A stretch of 64,000 nucleotides of DNA from Mobula hypostoma. Taxonomy: Eukaryota. Positions 25,171 to 38,687 of the stretch are shown here, one piece after another. The DNA lies in contig NC_086097.1 of assembly GCF_963921235.1 (NCBI RefSeq), positions 112,408,001 through 112,472,000 on the forward strand, in the 5' to 3' direction. The translations under genes and the position numbers were made by a program. The notes under the pieces were generated by a model. That model saw nothing but the letters and a program-made list of their open reading frames with translations, had not been told where the DNA came from and searched no databases. Positions within the stretch are counted from its first letter, which is position 1, and every line of letters begins with the position of its first letter.

Positions 25171-28100
25171 GGGATCCGGGATATTTCTGATCGTGTCCAA
25201 GATATCCTGAAGTGGGAGGGTGAGGAGCCAGAGGTCGTGGTACATATAGGTACCAATGACATAGGTAGGAAAAGGGATGAGGTCCTGAAAGGAGAATATA
25301 GGTAGCTAGGAAGGGAGTTGAGAAAAAGGACCGCAAAGGTAGTAATCTCGGGATTACTGCCTGTGCCATGCGACAGTGAGAGTAGGAATGCGATGAGGTG
25401 GAGGATAAATGCGTGGCTGAGGGATTGGAGCAGGGGGCAGGGATTCAAGTTTTTGGATCATTGGGACCTCCTTTGGCGCAGGCGTGACCTGTACAAAACG
25501 GACGGGTTACACCTGAATCCTAGGGGGACCAATATCCTGGCAGGGAGATTAGCGGGGGCCAGTGAGGTGACTTTAAACTAGAATGGTTGGGGGGTGGGAA
25601 TCAAATTAAAGAGGCTAGGCGTGAGGAGGTTAATTCACAACAGGGGGATGGAAACCAGTGCAGAGAGACAGAGGGGTGTAAAGTGAGGGTAGAAGCAAGA
25701 AGTACTAAGGAGAAAAGTAAAAGTGGCAGGCCGACAAGTCCAGGGCAAGCATTAAAAAGGGCCACTTTTCAACATAATTGTATAAGGGCTAAGAGAGTTG
25801 TAAAAGAGCGCCTGAAGGCTTTATGTGTCAATGCAAGGAGCATTCGTAATAAGGTGGATGAATTGAAAGTGGAGATTGTTATTAATGATTATGATGTAGT
25901 TGGGATCACAGAGACATGGCTCCAGGGTGACCAGGGATGGGAGCTCAACGTTCAGGGATATTCAATATTCAGGAGGGACAGACATGAAGGAAGGGGAGGT
26001 GGGGTGGCGTTGCTGGTTAAAGAAGAGATTAACGCAATAGAAAGGAAGGACATAAGCCGGGAAGATGTGGAATCATTATGGGTAGAGCTGCGTAACACTA
26101 AGGGCCAGTAGACGCTGGTGGGAGTTGTGTACAGGCCACCTAACAGTAGTAGTGAGGTCGGAGATGGTATTAAACAGGAAATTAGAAATGTGTGCAATAA
26201 AGGAACAGCAGTTATAATGGGTGACTTCAATCTACATGTAGATTGGGTGAACCAAATTGGTAAAGGTGCTGAGGAAGAGGATTTCTTGGAATGTATGGGG
26301 GATGGTTTTTGAACCAACATATCGAGGAACCAACTAGAGAGCAGGCTATTCTGGACTGGGTTTTGAGCAATGAGGTTAATTGGAAGGGTTAATTAGCAAT
26401 CTTGTTGTGAGAGGCCCCTTGGGTAAGAGTGACCATAATATGGTGGAATTCTTCATTAAGATGGAGAGTGACATAGTTAATTCAGAAACAAAGGTTCTGA
26501 ACTTAAAGAGGGGTAACTTTGAAGGTATGAGACGTGAATTAGCCAAGATAGACTGGCAAATGACACTTAAAGGATTGACGGTGGATATGCAATGGCAAGC
26601 ATTTAAAGGTTGCATGGATGAATTACAACAATTGTTCATCCCAGTTTGGCAAAAGAATAAATCAAGGAAGGTAGTGCACCCATGGCTGACAAGAGAAATT
26701 AGGGATAGTATCAATTCCAAAGAAGAAGCATACAAATTAGCCAGAGAAAGTGGCTCACCTGAGGACTGGGAGAAATTCAGAGTTCAGCAGAGGAGGACAA
26801 AGGGCTTAATTAGGAAGGGGAAAAAAGATTATGAGAGAAAACTGGCAGGGAACATAAAAACGGACTGTAAAAGCTTTTATAGATATGTAAAAAGGAAAAG
26901 ACTGGTAAAGACAAATGTAGGTCCCCTGCAGACAGAAACAGGTGAATTGATTATGGGGAGCAAGGACATGGCAGACCAATTGAATAATTACTTTGGTTCT
27001 GTCTTCACTAAGGAGGACATAAATAATCTTCCAGTAATAGTAGGGGACAGAGGGTCCAGTGAGATGGAGGAACTGAGCGAAATACATGTTAGTAGGGAAG
27101 TGGTGTTAGGTAAATTGAAGGGATTGAAGGCAGATAAATCCCCAGGGCCAGATGGTCTGCATCCTAGAGTGCTTAAGGAAGTAGCCCAAGAAATAGTGGA
27201 TGCATTAGTGATAATTTTTCAAAACTCGTTAGATTCTGGACTAGTTCCTGAGGATTGGAGGGTGGCTAATGTAACCCCACTTTTTAAAAAAGGAGGGAGA
27301 GAGGAACCGGGGAATTATAGACCGATTACCCTAACGTTGGTGGTGGGGAAACTGCTGGAGTCAGTTATCAAGGATGTGATAACAGCACATTTGGAAAGCG
27401 GTGAAATGATCGGACAAAGTCAGCATGGATTTGTGAAAGGAAAATCATGTCTGACGAATCTCATAGAATTTTTTGAGGATGTAACTAGTAGAGTGGATAG
27501 GGGAGAACCAGTGGATGTGGTATATTTGGATTTTCAAAAGGCTTTTGACAAGGTCCCACACAGGAGATTAGTGTGCAAACTTAAAGCACACGGTATTGGG
27601 GGTAAGGTATTGGTGTGGGTGGAGAATTGGTCAGCAGACAGGAAGCAAAGAGTGGGAATAAACGGGACCTTTTCAGAATGGCAGGCGGTGACTAGTGGGG
27701 TACCGCAAGGCTCAGTGCTGGGACCCCAGTTGTTTACAATATATATTAATGACTTGGATGAGGGAATTAAATGCAGCATCTCCAAGTTTGCGGATGATGC
27801 GAAGCTGGGTGGCAGTGTTAGCAGTGAGGAGGATGCTAAGAGGATGCAGGGTGACTTGGATAGGTTGGGTGAGTGGGCAAATTCATGGCAGATGCAATTT
27901 AATGTGGATAAATGTGAAGTTATCCACTTTGGTGGCAAAAATAGGAAAACGGATTATTATCTGAATGGTGGCTGATTAGGAAAAGGGGAGGTGCAACGAG
28001 ACCTGGGTGTCATCATACACCAGTCATTGAAAGTGGGCATGCAGGTACAGCAGGCGGTGAAAAAGGCGAATGGTATGCTGGCATTTATAGCGAGAGGATC

Positions 28101-28729
28101 CGAGTACAGGAGCAGGGAGGTACTACTGCACTTGTACAAGGCCTTGGTGAGACCACACCTGGAGTATTGTGTGCAGTTTTGGTCCCCTAATCTGAGGAAA
28201 GACATCCTTGCCATAGAGGGAGTACAAAGAAGGTTCACCAGATTGATTCCTGGGATGGCAGGACTTTCATATGAAGAAAGACTGGATGAACTGGGCTTGT
28301 ACTCGTTGGAATTTAGAAGATTGAGGGGGGATCTGATTGAAACGTATAAAATCCTAAAGGGATTGGACAGGCTAGATGCAGGAAGATTGTTCCCGATGTT
28401 GGGGAAGTCCAGAACGAGGGGTCACAGTTTGAGGATAAAGGGGAAGCTTTTTAGGATCGAGATTAGGAGGAACTTCTTCACACAGAGAGTGGTGAATCTG
28501 TGGAATTCTCTGCCACAGGAAACAGTTGAGGCCAGTTCATTGGCTATATTTAAGAGGGAGTTAGATATGGCCCTTGTGGCTATGGGGGTCAGGGGGTATG
28601 GAGGGAAGGCTGGGGCGGGGTTCTGAGTTGGATGATCAGCCATGATCATAATAAATGGCGGTGCAGGCTCGAAGGGCCGAATGGCCTACTCCTGCACCTA
28701 TTTTCTATGTTTGTATGTTTCTATGTTTC
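25171..28729 (+). mobile_element. Young CR1 LINE: ORF1 3' half (SGNH esterase) plus full-length but disrupted ORF2 (APE-RT)
   Basis: ORF1 motifs HIGTND, SGLLP, DGLHLN; ORF2 motifs NARSIRNK, ITETWL, GDFN, SDH and RT. Lesions: TAG 26109-26111, frameshifts ~26310 and ~26378, TGA 27973-27975. Confidence 0.97.
26380..27975 (+). pseudogene. CR1 ORF2 reverse transcriptase fragment (531 aa open)
   Basis: Longest ORF in the track; carries the core non-LTR RT motifs. Confidence 0.95.
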
Positions 28730-29129
28730 TTCTGCTCCTTCTTATTAACAGTTGAGACAGCAGTTGAAACTGGTAGTTTAGTACTATAGTCTGTAATGAT
28801 AAATCACAAGAAAGATGAACAGTGTGCCTTGTGCCTTTTGGCAAATGGGTCATTGTGGACATGGATAAATGACCATAAGACCATTCAGCCCATCAAAGCA
28901 ATGAATGTTGATCAGAGCTGTCAAAATGGGATGGATGAATAAAGAGTGCGAGGTTTGTGTAACTATGGCAGAGACATTGTCATATGTCATATTATTGAGG
29001 AGCTGTGGCTCTTGCCTTGATATATCTCATAAGGCCATGGTATCCTTTCCTACTCTGATCTATGTTGCATAGTGTATAGCTCAAGGAAGTCAGAATCTTT
29101 ATAACTGCAAATGTCCTTTGCAAATAGTG

Positions 29130-29390
29130 AACCCACCTTATTGATACCATCAGGGAATAGGTACAGGTGCCTGAAGATGCACACTCAACATTTTAGGAAC
29201 AGCTTCTTATCCTCTACCATCAGATTTCTAAACAGTATATGAACATTATCCCACCATTTTGCTCTCTTTGTGCACTATTTATTTATTTTTTAAATATTTC
29301 TTGTTGTAACTATACTGCTGCTGCAAAACAACAAATTTCAAGACATAGTCTATGTCAGTCATATTGAAGCTGACTTGGATTCTGATATGC
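29130..29390 (+). mobile_element. Rex1/Babar-like 3' end
   Basis: 'taccatcagggaataggtacaggtgcctgaag...ttttaggaacagcttc'. Confidence 0.65.
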
Positions 29391-29822
29391 ACGACTTCAC
29401 ACCTGACATTGCACTATTCACAAGAATTTCTAAGTCTCAGTCAGTAAACTAAAGTATTTTCCTAACTTTTGCTGTTCTCTCTTCTTCGACATTCATCGTA
29501 TCTGTTGGTGCTGTTGGCTTGACCCCTAATCACTGAAGCCCTGTCACCTCACCTGCATGGCTCACTGCTGAACATTCAAACAGCAGCTATCGAGACCTAT
29601 CGAGAGCTATTCGCTTGAAATATATAAAACAGTACAGGCCCTTCGGCCCACAATGTTGTGCTGACTTTTTAACCTACTCCAAGATCAATCTACCACTTCC
29701 CTCCCACACACACTGTATATTGAAGGACTTGTTGAACTAAAATACTCCTGGAAATTTCCACTATGATAGTAATCCCAACTATTTGCAATGACTGGCACAA
29801 AGCACACACACAACAATTTTAT

Positions 29823-30145
29823 AAAGCAACACACGCAAATTCTGGAGGAACTCAGCAGGTCATGGAAATGAATAAATGGTCCATGTTTTGGGCCAAAGCC
29901 CTTCATCAGGATTGGAAAGGAAGGGGGATGATGCCGGGGGAGGAAGGGGGAGAGGGGAAGGAGGCTAGCTGGAAGGTGATAGGTGAACCCAGGTGGGTGA
30001 GAAAAGTCAACAGCTGGAGAAGAAGGAATCAGATGGGAGAGGAAAGTGGACCATAGGAGAAAGGGACCCAGGGCAAGTGATAGGCAGGTGAGGAGAAGTA
30101 GAAGGCCAGAGTGGGAAATAGAGGAAGAGGGGAGGGATTTTTAAA
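29823..30145 (-). mobile_element. Penelope-type non-autonomous terminus with a decayed hammerhead
   Basis: Homologous to 46723-46822; the minus strand has CTGATGA-stemII-AAAA (GAAA core mutated). Confidence 0.65.
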
Positions 30146-30638
30146 ATAATTTTATAAAGCTGCGAAAAGGAATTAATGAACCTCTGGGAAGGTTTGTATA
30201 GCTGGTAAACATCCATCTCTTAGAAATTTCACATTCATTTGATGTTAAACACCAGTATTGAGGAAGATAACAAAATGGGTGTACATTAACGATGTCAGAT
30301 GATACCAGAGGAAATAGAATTTACACTGCTACTTTATACAAGACTACATGATCACACTGGCAGAAAACAAGCAGGTGAGTTGTTAAAGGTCAGCCTATTA
30401 ACTCCAGGCTGTGATATTAACCTACACGACTGAGCCACATAAATGTAAATTGTGCTTCTATCACACCAGTGTTAAAACCAATGTAATTTTAACCCGGGCT
30501 TGAAACTGGATGAGACCATCCAGTTAATCTGAAACGTCTTCCACAGTGCCCTCTATATCCATCCACTGAACCCGAAATGAATACATGTGAGCTCCTCCCC
30601 ATCATTTTCTGACCACTAGTGAGTGGTTCTTTGTTATA

Positions 30639-31047
30639 CACTCAATGGTATTTTATTAGCTACGGACACACCACTGTTGTAATGCATGGTTATTTGAGTT
30701 ACTCTTGCCTTTCAGTCAGATGACAATTCTCCTCTGACCTTTCTCATTAACAAGGCATTATTGCACACAGAACTGCTACACACTGGATGTTCTGTATGAA
30801 AATCTCAGGAGATCAGCAGTTTCAGAGATACTCAAACCACCCTGTCAGGCACCAACAATCATTCCACGGTTAAAGTCACTTATATCACATTTCTTCCTCA
30901 TTCTGATGTTTGGTCTGAACAACAACTGAACCTCTTGGCCATGTTTGCATGCTTTTATGTATTGAGTTGTTGCCACATGATTGGCTCATTACACCCTCAT
31001 TAATAAGCAGGTGTACAGGTTGTACCTAACAAAGTGGCCACTGAGTG
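30639..31047. mobile_element. Tc1/mariner-like MITE
   Basis: TIRs 'cactcaatggtattttattagctac' / 'gtacctaacaaagtggccactgagtg', flanked by TA at 30637-38 and 31048-49. Confidence 0.8.
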
Positions 31048-31169
31048 TATTGTCTTCAATTGCTGATATCTTCTCAGTGCCTTTCACACTTTTGTTCTTT
31101 TGGATAAGCAATATTTGAAATCACTGTGGCTTTTTACTGCCCAAGTTTGGGCAGGAAATCAGTTTACTA

Positions 31170-31680
31170 GAGCAGTTAGGATGTTATGTTGAAGTTGTAT
31201 AACATGTTGGTGAGGCCTAATTTGGAGTATTGTGTGCAGTTCTGGTCACCTAACTACAAAAAAGTATCAATAAGCTAAAAAGAGTACAGATAAAATTTAT
31301 GTTGCCAGGACTTGAGGAAAGGTTGAATAGGTTAGTATTTTATTTCGCAGGGTGTAGGAGATAGAGGTATTATGAGGGATATAGATAGGGTAAATGCAAG
31401 CAGACGTTTCACATTGTGGTTGGGGTGAGACTAGAATTGGAGGTCATGGGTTAAGGGTGAAAAGTGAAATGCTACAAGGGAACATGAGGGCAGTGAGACT
31501 GTGGAATGAGCTGCTGATGTAGTGGTGGATGTGGGTTCAAGTTCAACATTTAAGAGAGGTTTGGATAAGTGCATGGATGGGAGGGGTTTGGCAGCTTTTG
31601 TTCACGTGCAGGTCGATAGAACTAGCCAGAATAATAATTTGGCACAGACCAGGTTGGCCTGAGGGTCTGTTTTTGCACTG
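31170..31680 (+). mobile_element. Degraded CR1 3' end
   Basis: [17 protein letters not shown] plus 3'UTR. Confidence 0.85.
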
Positions 31681-32559
31681 ACTCAGTTTCCAGTATGATC
31701 AGGATATAATTTTCTATCCTGATAACAAGTAGAAAGGAAAATTTGTGGCACTTATTTTGCTTCCTGTTTCTTGGTTTTCCTGTGGCTCCAGATGAATATA
31801 ATACCTATGAGATGTATTCAAACCTTCAGGAGAAGCGGAGACTGCTGCAGGAGTTTCCTTTCAAGAATGATTAATGAAACGAATGCCTTTGGTGTTTTTA
31901 ACTTCAAATTCACAGGGCATTTATTATTTTGTAAAAGTGATGCCTTATTGCAGAGCAGAGTGGAACTGCTCAGTTATTTTCTCAAAGCTTATTAATGGTT
32001 CCTTTGCTCCATATCTCCACCCTTCTGAAGAGGTTGGTGTCATCTGGTATATATTCCATCTCGCTGATTGTGTATGCTGCCATACTGTCCTGCTCATCTG
32101 TAAATTGAAAATCACCATCTGCTGGCTTATATATCTCTCCGGTAGTCAACAACAGGCAATGAAAAAGAGTGCCGATTGTAAGATTCTGTGCTTCTAATTT
32201 AGGTGGTGCCTTAACTGAAGCCTCAGCCAGTTTGAGAGCAAGAAAGGATGAAATGGTGCCTTGCAGGAATGGAGAAACTTCAGATAAGTAAACAAATACA
32301 GTCTAATCGTAATCCTTTCCACACTTTGCTCATCTGGGAATGAAAAACTGAAGCTGAAATTGTTTGTGATCTGTTTTTATGCTGAATTCTGGCTATATAC
32401 TTCAAACCTGCTTTCTTCAAATGGTAGACCAAGTGGCAAGGATGAACTAAAAATAGGTCAGCAATAATTAAGTCATCCACAAGATTCCTCACAGAGTACA
32501 GTTCGCAGAACATGAAATGAGTAGGTTGATTACATACCGAACATTTACACTAATCCTAT

Positions 32560-32790
32560 GTTTGTAATGCTCTGCACATTCTTATCAAAGCTCCTCAGAT
32601 TCTACCACTCACCTATTCACTACAGTGGCCGATTACAATACCAGCATGCACACCTTCAAGATGAGGGAAGAAACTACACAGGGAGAATAAGTAAACTCCA
32701 CATGGCCGGAAACCAAGGTCAGGATTGAACCAGAATGCTGACTGCTGTGAAGCAATGGTTTTACTAGTTACACCACTGGGTTGCCTACAG
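32560..32790 (-). mobile_element. V-SINE-like fragment
   Basis: Reverse complement has 'ctggttcaatcctgacc...tgtggagtttacttattc'. Confidence 0.55.
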
Positions 32791-32861
32791 TAGCAGTGTG
32801 CAATCCATTTCTTTGAAATATTTGCTGGATGTACTCTGTGAAACCTGTAGGAAATGTAACT

Positions 32862-33350
32862 AGACATAAGACCCCAAGCTATAGGAGCAGAATTAGGTCT
32901 TTAGGCCCATTGAGTCTGCTCCACCATTCCATCATGGCTGATTTATTATTCCTCTCAATACCATTCTCCTGCCATTTCCCCATAACCTTTGACACCATTA
33001 CTAATCAAGAACCTATCACCCTCGCTATAAATATACCAATAACTTGGCCTCTATAGCCATCTATGGCAATGAATTCCAGATTCACCACCCTCCAGCTAAA
33101 TAAATTCTTCCTCATCTTGTTCTGAATGGATGTCCCTCTATTCTGAGGCTGTGCCCGACGGTCCTAGACTCCCCCACTATAGGAAACATCTTCTCCACAT
33201 TTTCTCTGTCTAGGCCTTTCAATATTTGATAGGTTTCAATGAGATCCCCCCTCCCTCATTCTTCTAAACTCCAGTGGGTAGAGGCCCAGAGCATTCAAAC
33301 GCTCCTCGTAAATGGCCTTTCATTGCTTTTATATTCTAGTCCACTTGAAT
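32862..33350 (-). mobile_element. CR1 3' end
   Basis: Matches the CR1 C-terminus/3'UTR family of 12500-12929. Confidence 0.85.
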
Positions 33351-33479
33351 TTTAAAGCAGTATTTTGATAATGCCTAGATAAATCAGTTTTGTTAGAAAT
33401 ATTCATGGGGGGGTGGTTTATTCAATACAATGAGTAAGCTCCAACACTTCTCTTCAAAATAGTGCTGTAAGATACTTTA

Positions 33480-33760
33480 CTTTATACTTTATTGTTGCCA
33501 AACAATTGATACTAGAACATACAATCATCACAGTGATATTTGATTCTGCTCTTCCCACTCCCTGGATTACAAATATTAAATATTAAAAATATTAAAAGTA
33601 GTAAAAATTAGTAAATATTAAAAATTTAGATTATAAATCATAAATAGAAAATAGAAAAAGGGAAAGTAAGGTAGTGCAAAAAAAAACGAGAGGCAGGCCC
33701 GGATAGTTGGAGGGTACGGCCCAGATCCGGGTCAGGATCCGTTCAGCAGTCTTATCACAA
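33480..33760 (-). mobile_element. L2-group LINE 3' terminus with an AT-rich low-complexity tract
   Basis: Minus strand 'gtgataagactgctgaacggatcc' (VIRLLNG) followed by UTR ending 'aataaagtataaa'. Confidence 0.55.
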
Positions 33761-34279
33761 AATGCACAAGATGCACCAAACCAAGCAAACAGGCCATCAA
33801 TTTATATCTGGGATTTAATCATTGAAAATAATATGGGTTTAGTAAGTTAATTGGCCACACAGGTGTAATAGAGCTTTGGGCCAGAAGGGCCTGATACCAT
33901 GCTGTATCTCCAAATAAAAATTAATCATAACCTGATTTGCTACTGAAACCAATGTCGAGAACCTTGGTCTGGTCAGGAGAAAGCAACCACGTTCTGTGCT
34001 CCTGCTGGAAAACACATGCTCGTGGATATAGTGGTCTACCAAAGAGATGTGATAGATGAACATCTCATTTGTGAACAAACCTGTTTTGGTCAAGGTGAAT
34101 ATTTCTGCATTTGAAAGAACAAATGGAGAATCAGCAAGTGCAATTCAAAACAGGGCCTGTGTCCTAGGGATAAAGAAGGGGGATTTTCCTGACCTGCTTG
34201 GGACAGCTGCGAGGCAAGGGGTAGTTAGATTGGTGGCAGGATAGTACTAGAGCTATAAAATTTAAAACGGTGATGTTAC

Positions 34280-34530
34280 CATAAAGCATAGGAGCAGAAT
34301 TAGGCCTACTGAGTCTGCTTCACCATTCAGTCATGGCTGATTTTATTTTTCAACCCACTTCTCCCACCTTCTCCCATAACCCTTAACCTCTTACCAACAA
34401 AGAACCTATCAATCTCTGCCTTAAATATACTCAGTGGCCTCCACAGCCTTCTGCAGCAAAGAAATCCACAGATTCACCATGGTTCTTCTGAACTCCATTA
34501 AGTATAGTTTAGGGACATCAAACATTTCCT
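34280..34530 (-). mobile_element. CR1 3'UTR fragment
   Basis: 'cataggagcagaattaggcc...' same family as 32862-33350. Confidence 0.75.
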
Positions 34531-34796
34531 GGGGTTTTCCAAATTGTTTCTGTTATATTACTTGAAAGGTGTACAATTTCTGCAATTCAGGTCTTATGTA
34601 TATGAAGACAAGTTTAAACTGCAAGAAGAAATAAAACACTTATCGAGTGTAATATCCACATACTGTATTATCCAATGATGAAGTGGATAGCAAAGAATAA
34701 GATGAAGATTTGGTGGAGAGTGGTGTACAATCTTGCACGGTAATGGTAAAATATGATTGTGCAATTTATAAACACAAGAAATTCTACAGATCATAT

Positions 34797-35075
34797 ACAC
34801 AAGGAAGTCTGCAGATGCTGAAAATCCAAAGCAACACAAGCAAAACGCTGGTGGAACTCAGCAGGTCAGGCAGCATCTATGGAAATGAATAAAGAGTCGA
34901 TGTTTTGGGCTGAGGCCCTTCATCAGGACTCCTGATGCTGGAAGTTCTGCAAATGCTGGATGTCCTGAAGAATACACACAAAGTGCTGGAGGAACTCAGC
35001 AGGTTGGGCACCATTTATGCCTTTCCATAGATGCTGCCTAACTTGCTGAGTTCCTCCAGCACTTTGTGTGTGTTA
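34797..35075. mobile_element. Compound Penelope-type termini forming short palindromes
   Basis: 34797-34935 is a PLE tail with a decayed minus-strand hammerhead; 34974-35071 is a hairpin (acacacaaagtgctggaggaactcagc ... gctgagttcctccagcactttgtgtgt). Confidence 0.7.
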
Positions 35076-35079
35076 CTGT

Positions 35080-35755
35080 TTGTGAAATTAATTTTACTTT
35101 ATTTCGAAAGGTAGATGAACTGTAATACCAACCTATGATGACTACACCTAGACCATCTTTGTTTAATTTGCACCACATTTCTTCAAAGAATGGTTGTATG
35201 GGAAAATACATTATCATTTTTGCAATGGGAATGAAAATTCCATTGAGCGTTAGGTTGGCACATGCTGAAAGGATCCCTGGTTGAATTTTGGAGTGACATG
35301 AAATGAACCCCAAGTGGTTGTCAGGGCCATTTGCATTAGGAAAAAAATGATTTCTAACTGGATAATGCTGAAATAAACAGCATTATGCAAATGGGTTTTT
35401 GGAGCAGAGGGAACATGTTGCACAAGACACTGTGTAGAGTTTATGTGCATTTGGAATGAGTACATTAATCTTCAGTGCAGAAGGCAAACGGATTATTTGA
35501 ACACTGCCTGGCTATGCTCTCAGTGACGCACATGCACCAGTGAAAAAACAGAGCTGATTGCTAACCTATTTCAACCACTTAAAAACCTTTCCTGGTAGCG
35601 GTAGAAGAGAAAAACATGACATCCATAAATAAAGATAATAAAAAGTGTACACAGTCATCCATCATCATTCCAGGTACTCTGATAATTGAACATGCTATAT
35701 AAATTAGTATTACAGTTCATCTACCTCACAAACTATAGTAAAATAAATTGCACAA
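35080..35755 (-). other. Long-range inverted repeat (arms 35080-35136 and 35699-35755), putative intronic RNA duplex
   Basis: 20-bp perfect core (35109-35128 / 35707-35726); 52 of 57 ungapped positions pair in minus-strand RNA, 5 of them G-U. Confidence 0.7.
35566..35591 (-). CDS. Candidate 26-nt alternative exon encoding a short C-terminus (G/R)KVFKWLK*
   Basis: Minus strand acceptor 'tgtttttctcttctaccgctaccAG', donor 'tag|GTTAGC', downstream TGCATG at ~35531-35536; enclosed by a long RNA duplex. Confidence 0.45.
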
Positions 35756-36710
35756 TGCATCTTAAGCAAAGCATATGCAATCATCATCATCATGAGCCTG
35801 CATAAAAGGGATCATTTTTGCATATTCAGCTATTAAAAAGATTAAATTGCACAGCTGCACGGAACAAAAACACTTTAAAGATCTAATGTTTTTCTCCTCA
35901 CTTCGCTAGAGTGCTGACACCAATTGAATCACTCATTGCAGCAATCAATCACCATTAGGACTGAGGGTTCCACTCTGAAGCTGATCTTTTTTTCAACAAA
36001 AAGGGCATAAGCCTAAAACAGCATTTGGTATAAAATTTTACAAAACAAAGATTGCACAATAATACAAAACCATCATGTTAACGATTTACTTCACAGACAA
36101 TTTTAAAATGTTAAAATTCTATAAAAGTGCTCACATAGACTGACTCTAACTTGTTTTGTTTAAAGTTCCTTTATAGGTGATTATAGTCATTTACTTATCT
36201 ATTCATGATCATAAAAACCGTATTTTCTGGAAATATCAGCAAATTTAATATAATACTTTGCTAAATCTGAAAATACAATGTTCTTTGATTATGTAAACTG
36301 TAAAAATAGAAAATGAAACTGACTCTTTAAAATAAGTAGATTAGTTGTGCAAGGACTGCTGGGGAAAAGAGCTGATTTTATTCAAAGATATATTAATTAG
36401 TTCATTAACAATATCTTTGAATCAACACTGGATAAATGATAGTGATCATGAAAGTATCTGGTAAATGAAAAATGTTTGTATTTTTGTACTTTACAAGAAT
36501 CATACCAAAGTAAAAGCATGACAGTGAAATGCTGGAGGTGTACAATAGAGTGATCCAAACCTGATGGAAACAGAAAGCCAGGATTTTTTCATGTTTCTTT
36601 TCAATATTTGTTCAATGGTCAATGAATACTATTAAGGATAGATGTCCTTTCTTGATATTTTGTCTAGAAATAGAAGAAATACTAGCTTTTTCTTTTAAAT
36701 GCTGATATAT

Positions 36711-37204
36711 AGGTTCACCAGATTGATTCCTGGGATGGCAGGACTTTCATATGAAGAAGGACTGGATGAACTGGGCTTGTACTCGTTGGAATTTAGAAGA
36801 TTGAGGGGGGATCTGATTGAAACGTATAAAATCCTAAAGGGATTGGACAGGCTAGATGCAGGAAGATTGTTCCCGATGTTGGGGAAGTCCAGAATGAGGG
36901 GTCACAGTTTGAGGATAAAGGGGAAGCCTTTTAGGATCGAGATTAGGAGGAACTTCTTCACACAGAGAGTGGTGAATCTGTGGAATTCTCTGCCATAGGA
37001 AACAGTTGAGGCCAGTTCATTGGCTATATTTAAGAGGGAGTTAGATATGGCCCTTGTGGCTACGGGGACCAGGGGGTATGGAGGGAAGGCTGGTGCAGGG
37101 TTCTGAGTTGGATGATCAGCCATGATCATAATAGATGGCGGTGCAGGCTCGAAGGGCCGAATGGCCTACTCCTGCACCTATTTTCTATGTTTCTATGTTT
37201 CTAT
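36711..37204 (+). mobile_element. Young CR1 3' fragment
   Basis: Near-identical to 28231-28729; (TTTCTATG)n tail. Confidence 0.97.
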
Positions 37205-37869
37205 TTTAGTTTTTATATTTTCCGATAATTTTCCTTATTTTGACATTACGCTATGTAAATATAGGTCCTCTGTGCAATACATTAAATGTTGTTCATACAA
37301 AATCTTGTCAGTAATTCAGCTAGCAAGGGTATAGTTATTAGAACATCTTACATCAAAAATCTCACCTTAATGTTATATAGATTATGTACAGTACATAATC
37401 TACAGATTCAGAATAGAGTCAATGTAAATTCTGTCTTTATTATCAATTGCAGTGAGCCACACAATGACACTTGTGTGGAAATTTTGGAAGGAAAACTTAT
37501 TACAATAGAAATTTCCCTGTGCTCACAACAGACACATGGGATGGGACTTTAATTTTTGTTGATCTGGATTCTTCAACTCTTATTCCTAAGGCAACAACAT
37601 CCTCACTGACAGACCTGTACGGTGCCAAGGTCAAATGCTCATAATTACCCTCCTATGGGGAGAACAAGCCATACCTCTAAACAGGTGAATTAAACTTTGA
37701 CATCCAAATAATCACCTCTCTTCCTGTCACCTCTCCCACCTCTCTGGCTCAGCTCTTGCCAAGCCTACCAAAAACCATGAATCATTGGAAATGTTCAAAA
37801 TCAATTAAAAATCAAGTAATTCAAAAGATACAATCACTAAAAGTTGAAAAAAAAACAAACATCAACTAA

Positions 37870-38035
37870 ACGTGAGAAAGTTTGCAGATGCTATAAATGT
37901 AAAGCATGAGACAATGAAGAGCCTCAGCCCGAAACATTGACTGTTTACACTTTTCCATAGACGGTGCCTGACCTACTAAGTTCCTCCAGCATTTTGTATG
38001 TGTTCCTTTGGATTTCCAGCATCTGTCATGTCTAT
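37870..38035 (+). mobile_element. Penelope-type terminus, decayed
   Basis: 'atgaagagcctcagcccgaaacattgactg...gttcctccagcattttgtatgtg...ttccagcatctg'. Confidence 0.6.
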
Positions 38036-38687
38036 GATACTACTGTGATACTACTACTACTAAGGAAGTCTCCTCAAGGGATGCCCAGCCTGAAGAAGTT
38101 AAGTCACCCAAAAAGACATTAATGGACTTAGATAGGTACAAAAATACAAAACACTGTTTAATCTGCACAAGTATGAGGTGATTCATTTGGGGAAAGCAGA
38201 AAAGGTAAGTGGAAAACTATAAAGAGATCTTGGAGTACAAGTGAATTTCACTACACAGGAGCCAAGACAGAGAGAGTGGTAAAGTTTAAAAGGCAAGTCT
38301 TGGGGCTTGCTTGGGAGTTTCACTTTGTAGCACACTATAAAAGAGGTACCGTAAGTTTGCAAATTGATACTTAACAGTTGATTGACTAATTAGCCAATAA
38401 AAATAAGGTAGAGTCAAAAAGAGCAGCCATTTTTTGAGTGACCATTCTAGGAGTGGAGAGTTGAGGCTTTGGAGTGACTTAAAGGAGGCAAGATTGTAAA
38501 TTGCTACTTATTAGTTGATTGGCTCATTAGCTAATCAACAACAATCAATAAAAAAAAACAAACAAACACTACAACTATGAACTGTGAATTGCGTCTATAT
38601 GATTCTCCACCAGAAAGAGTCGAGGTATTCAAGTTTTTCAGGTGTCTGGTTTGATGAAAGACTTACTTGGAGGGTTCATATAGACAA

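Noticed and set aside
25171..25581. SGNH esterase domain next to an RT as a novel association
   Set aside because: An esterase domain is an established feature of CR1 ORF1p.
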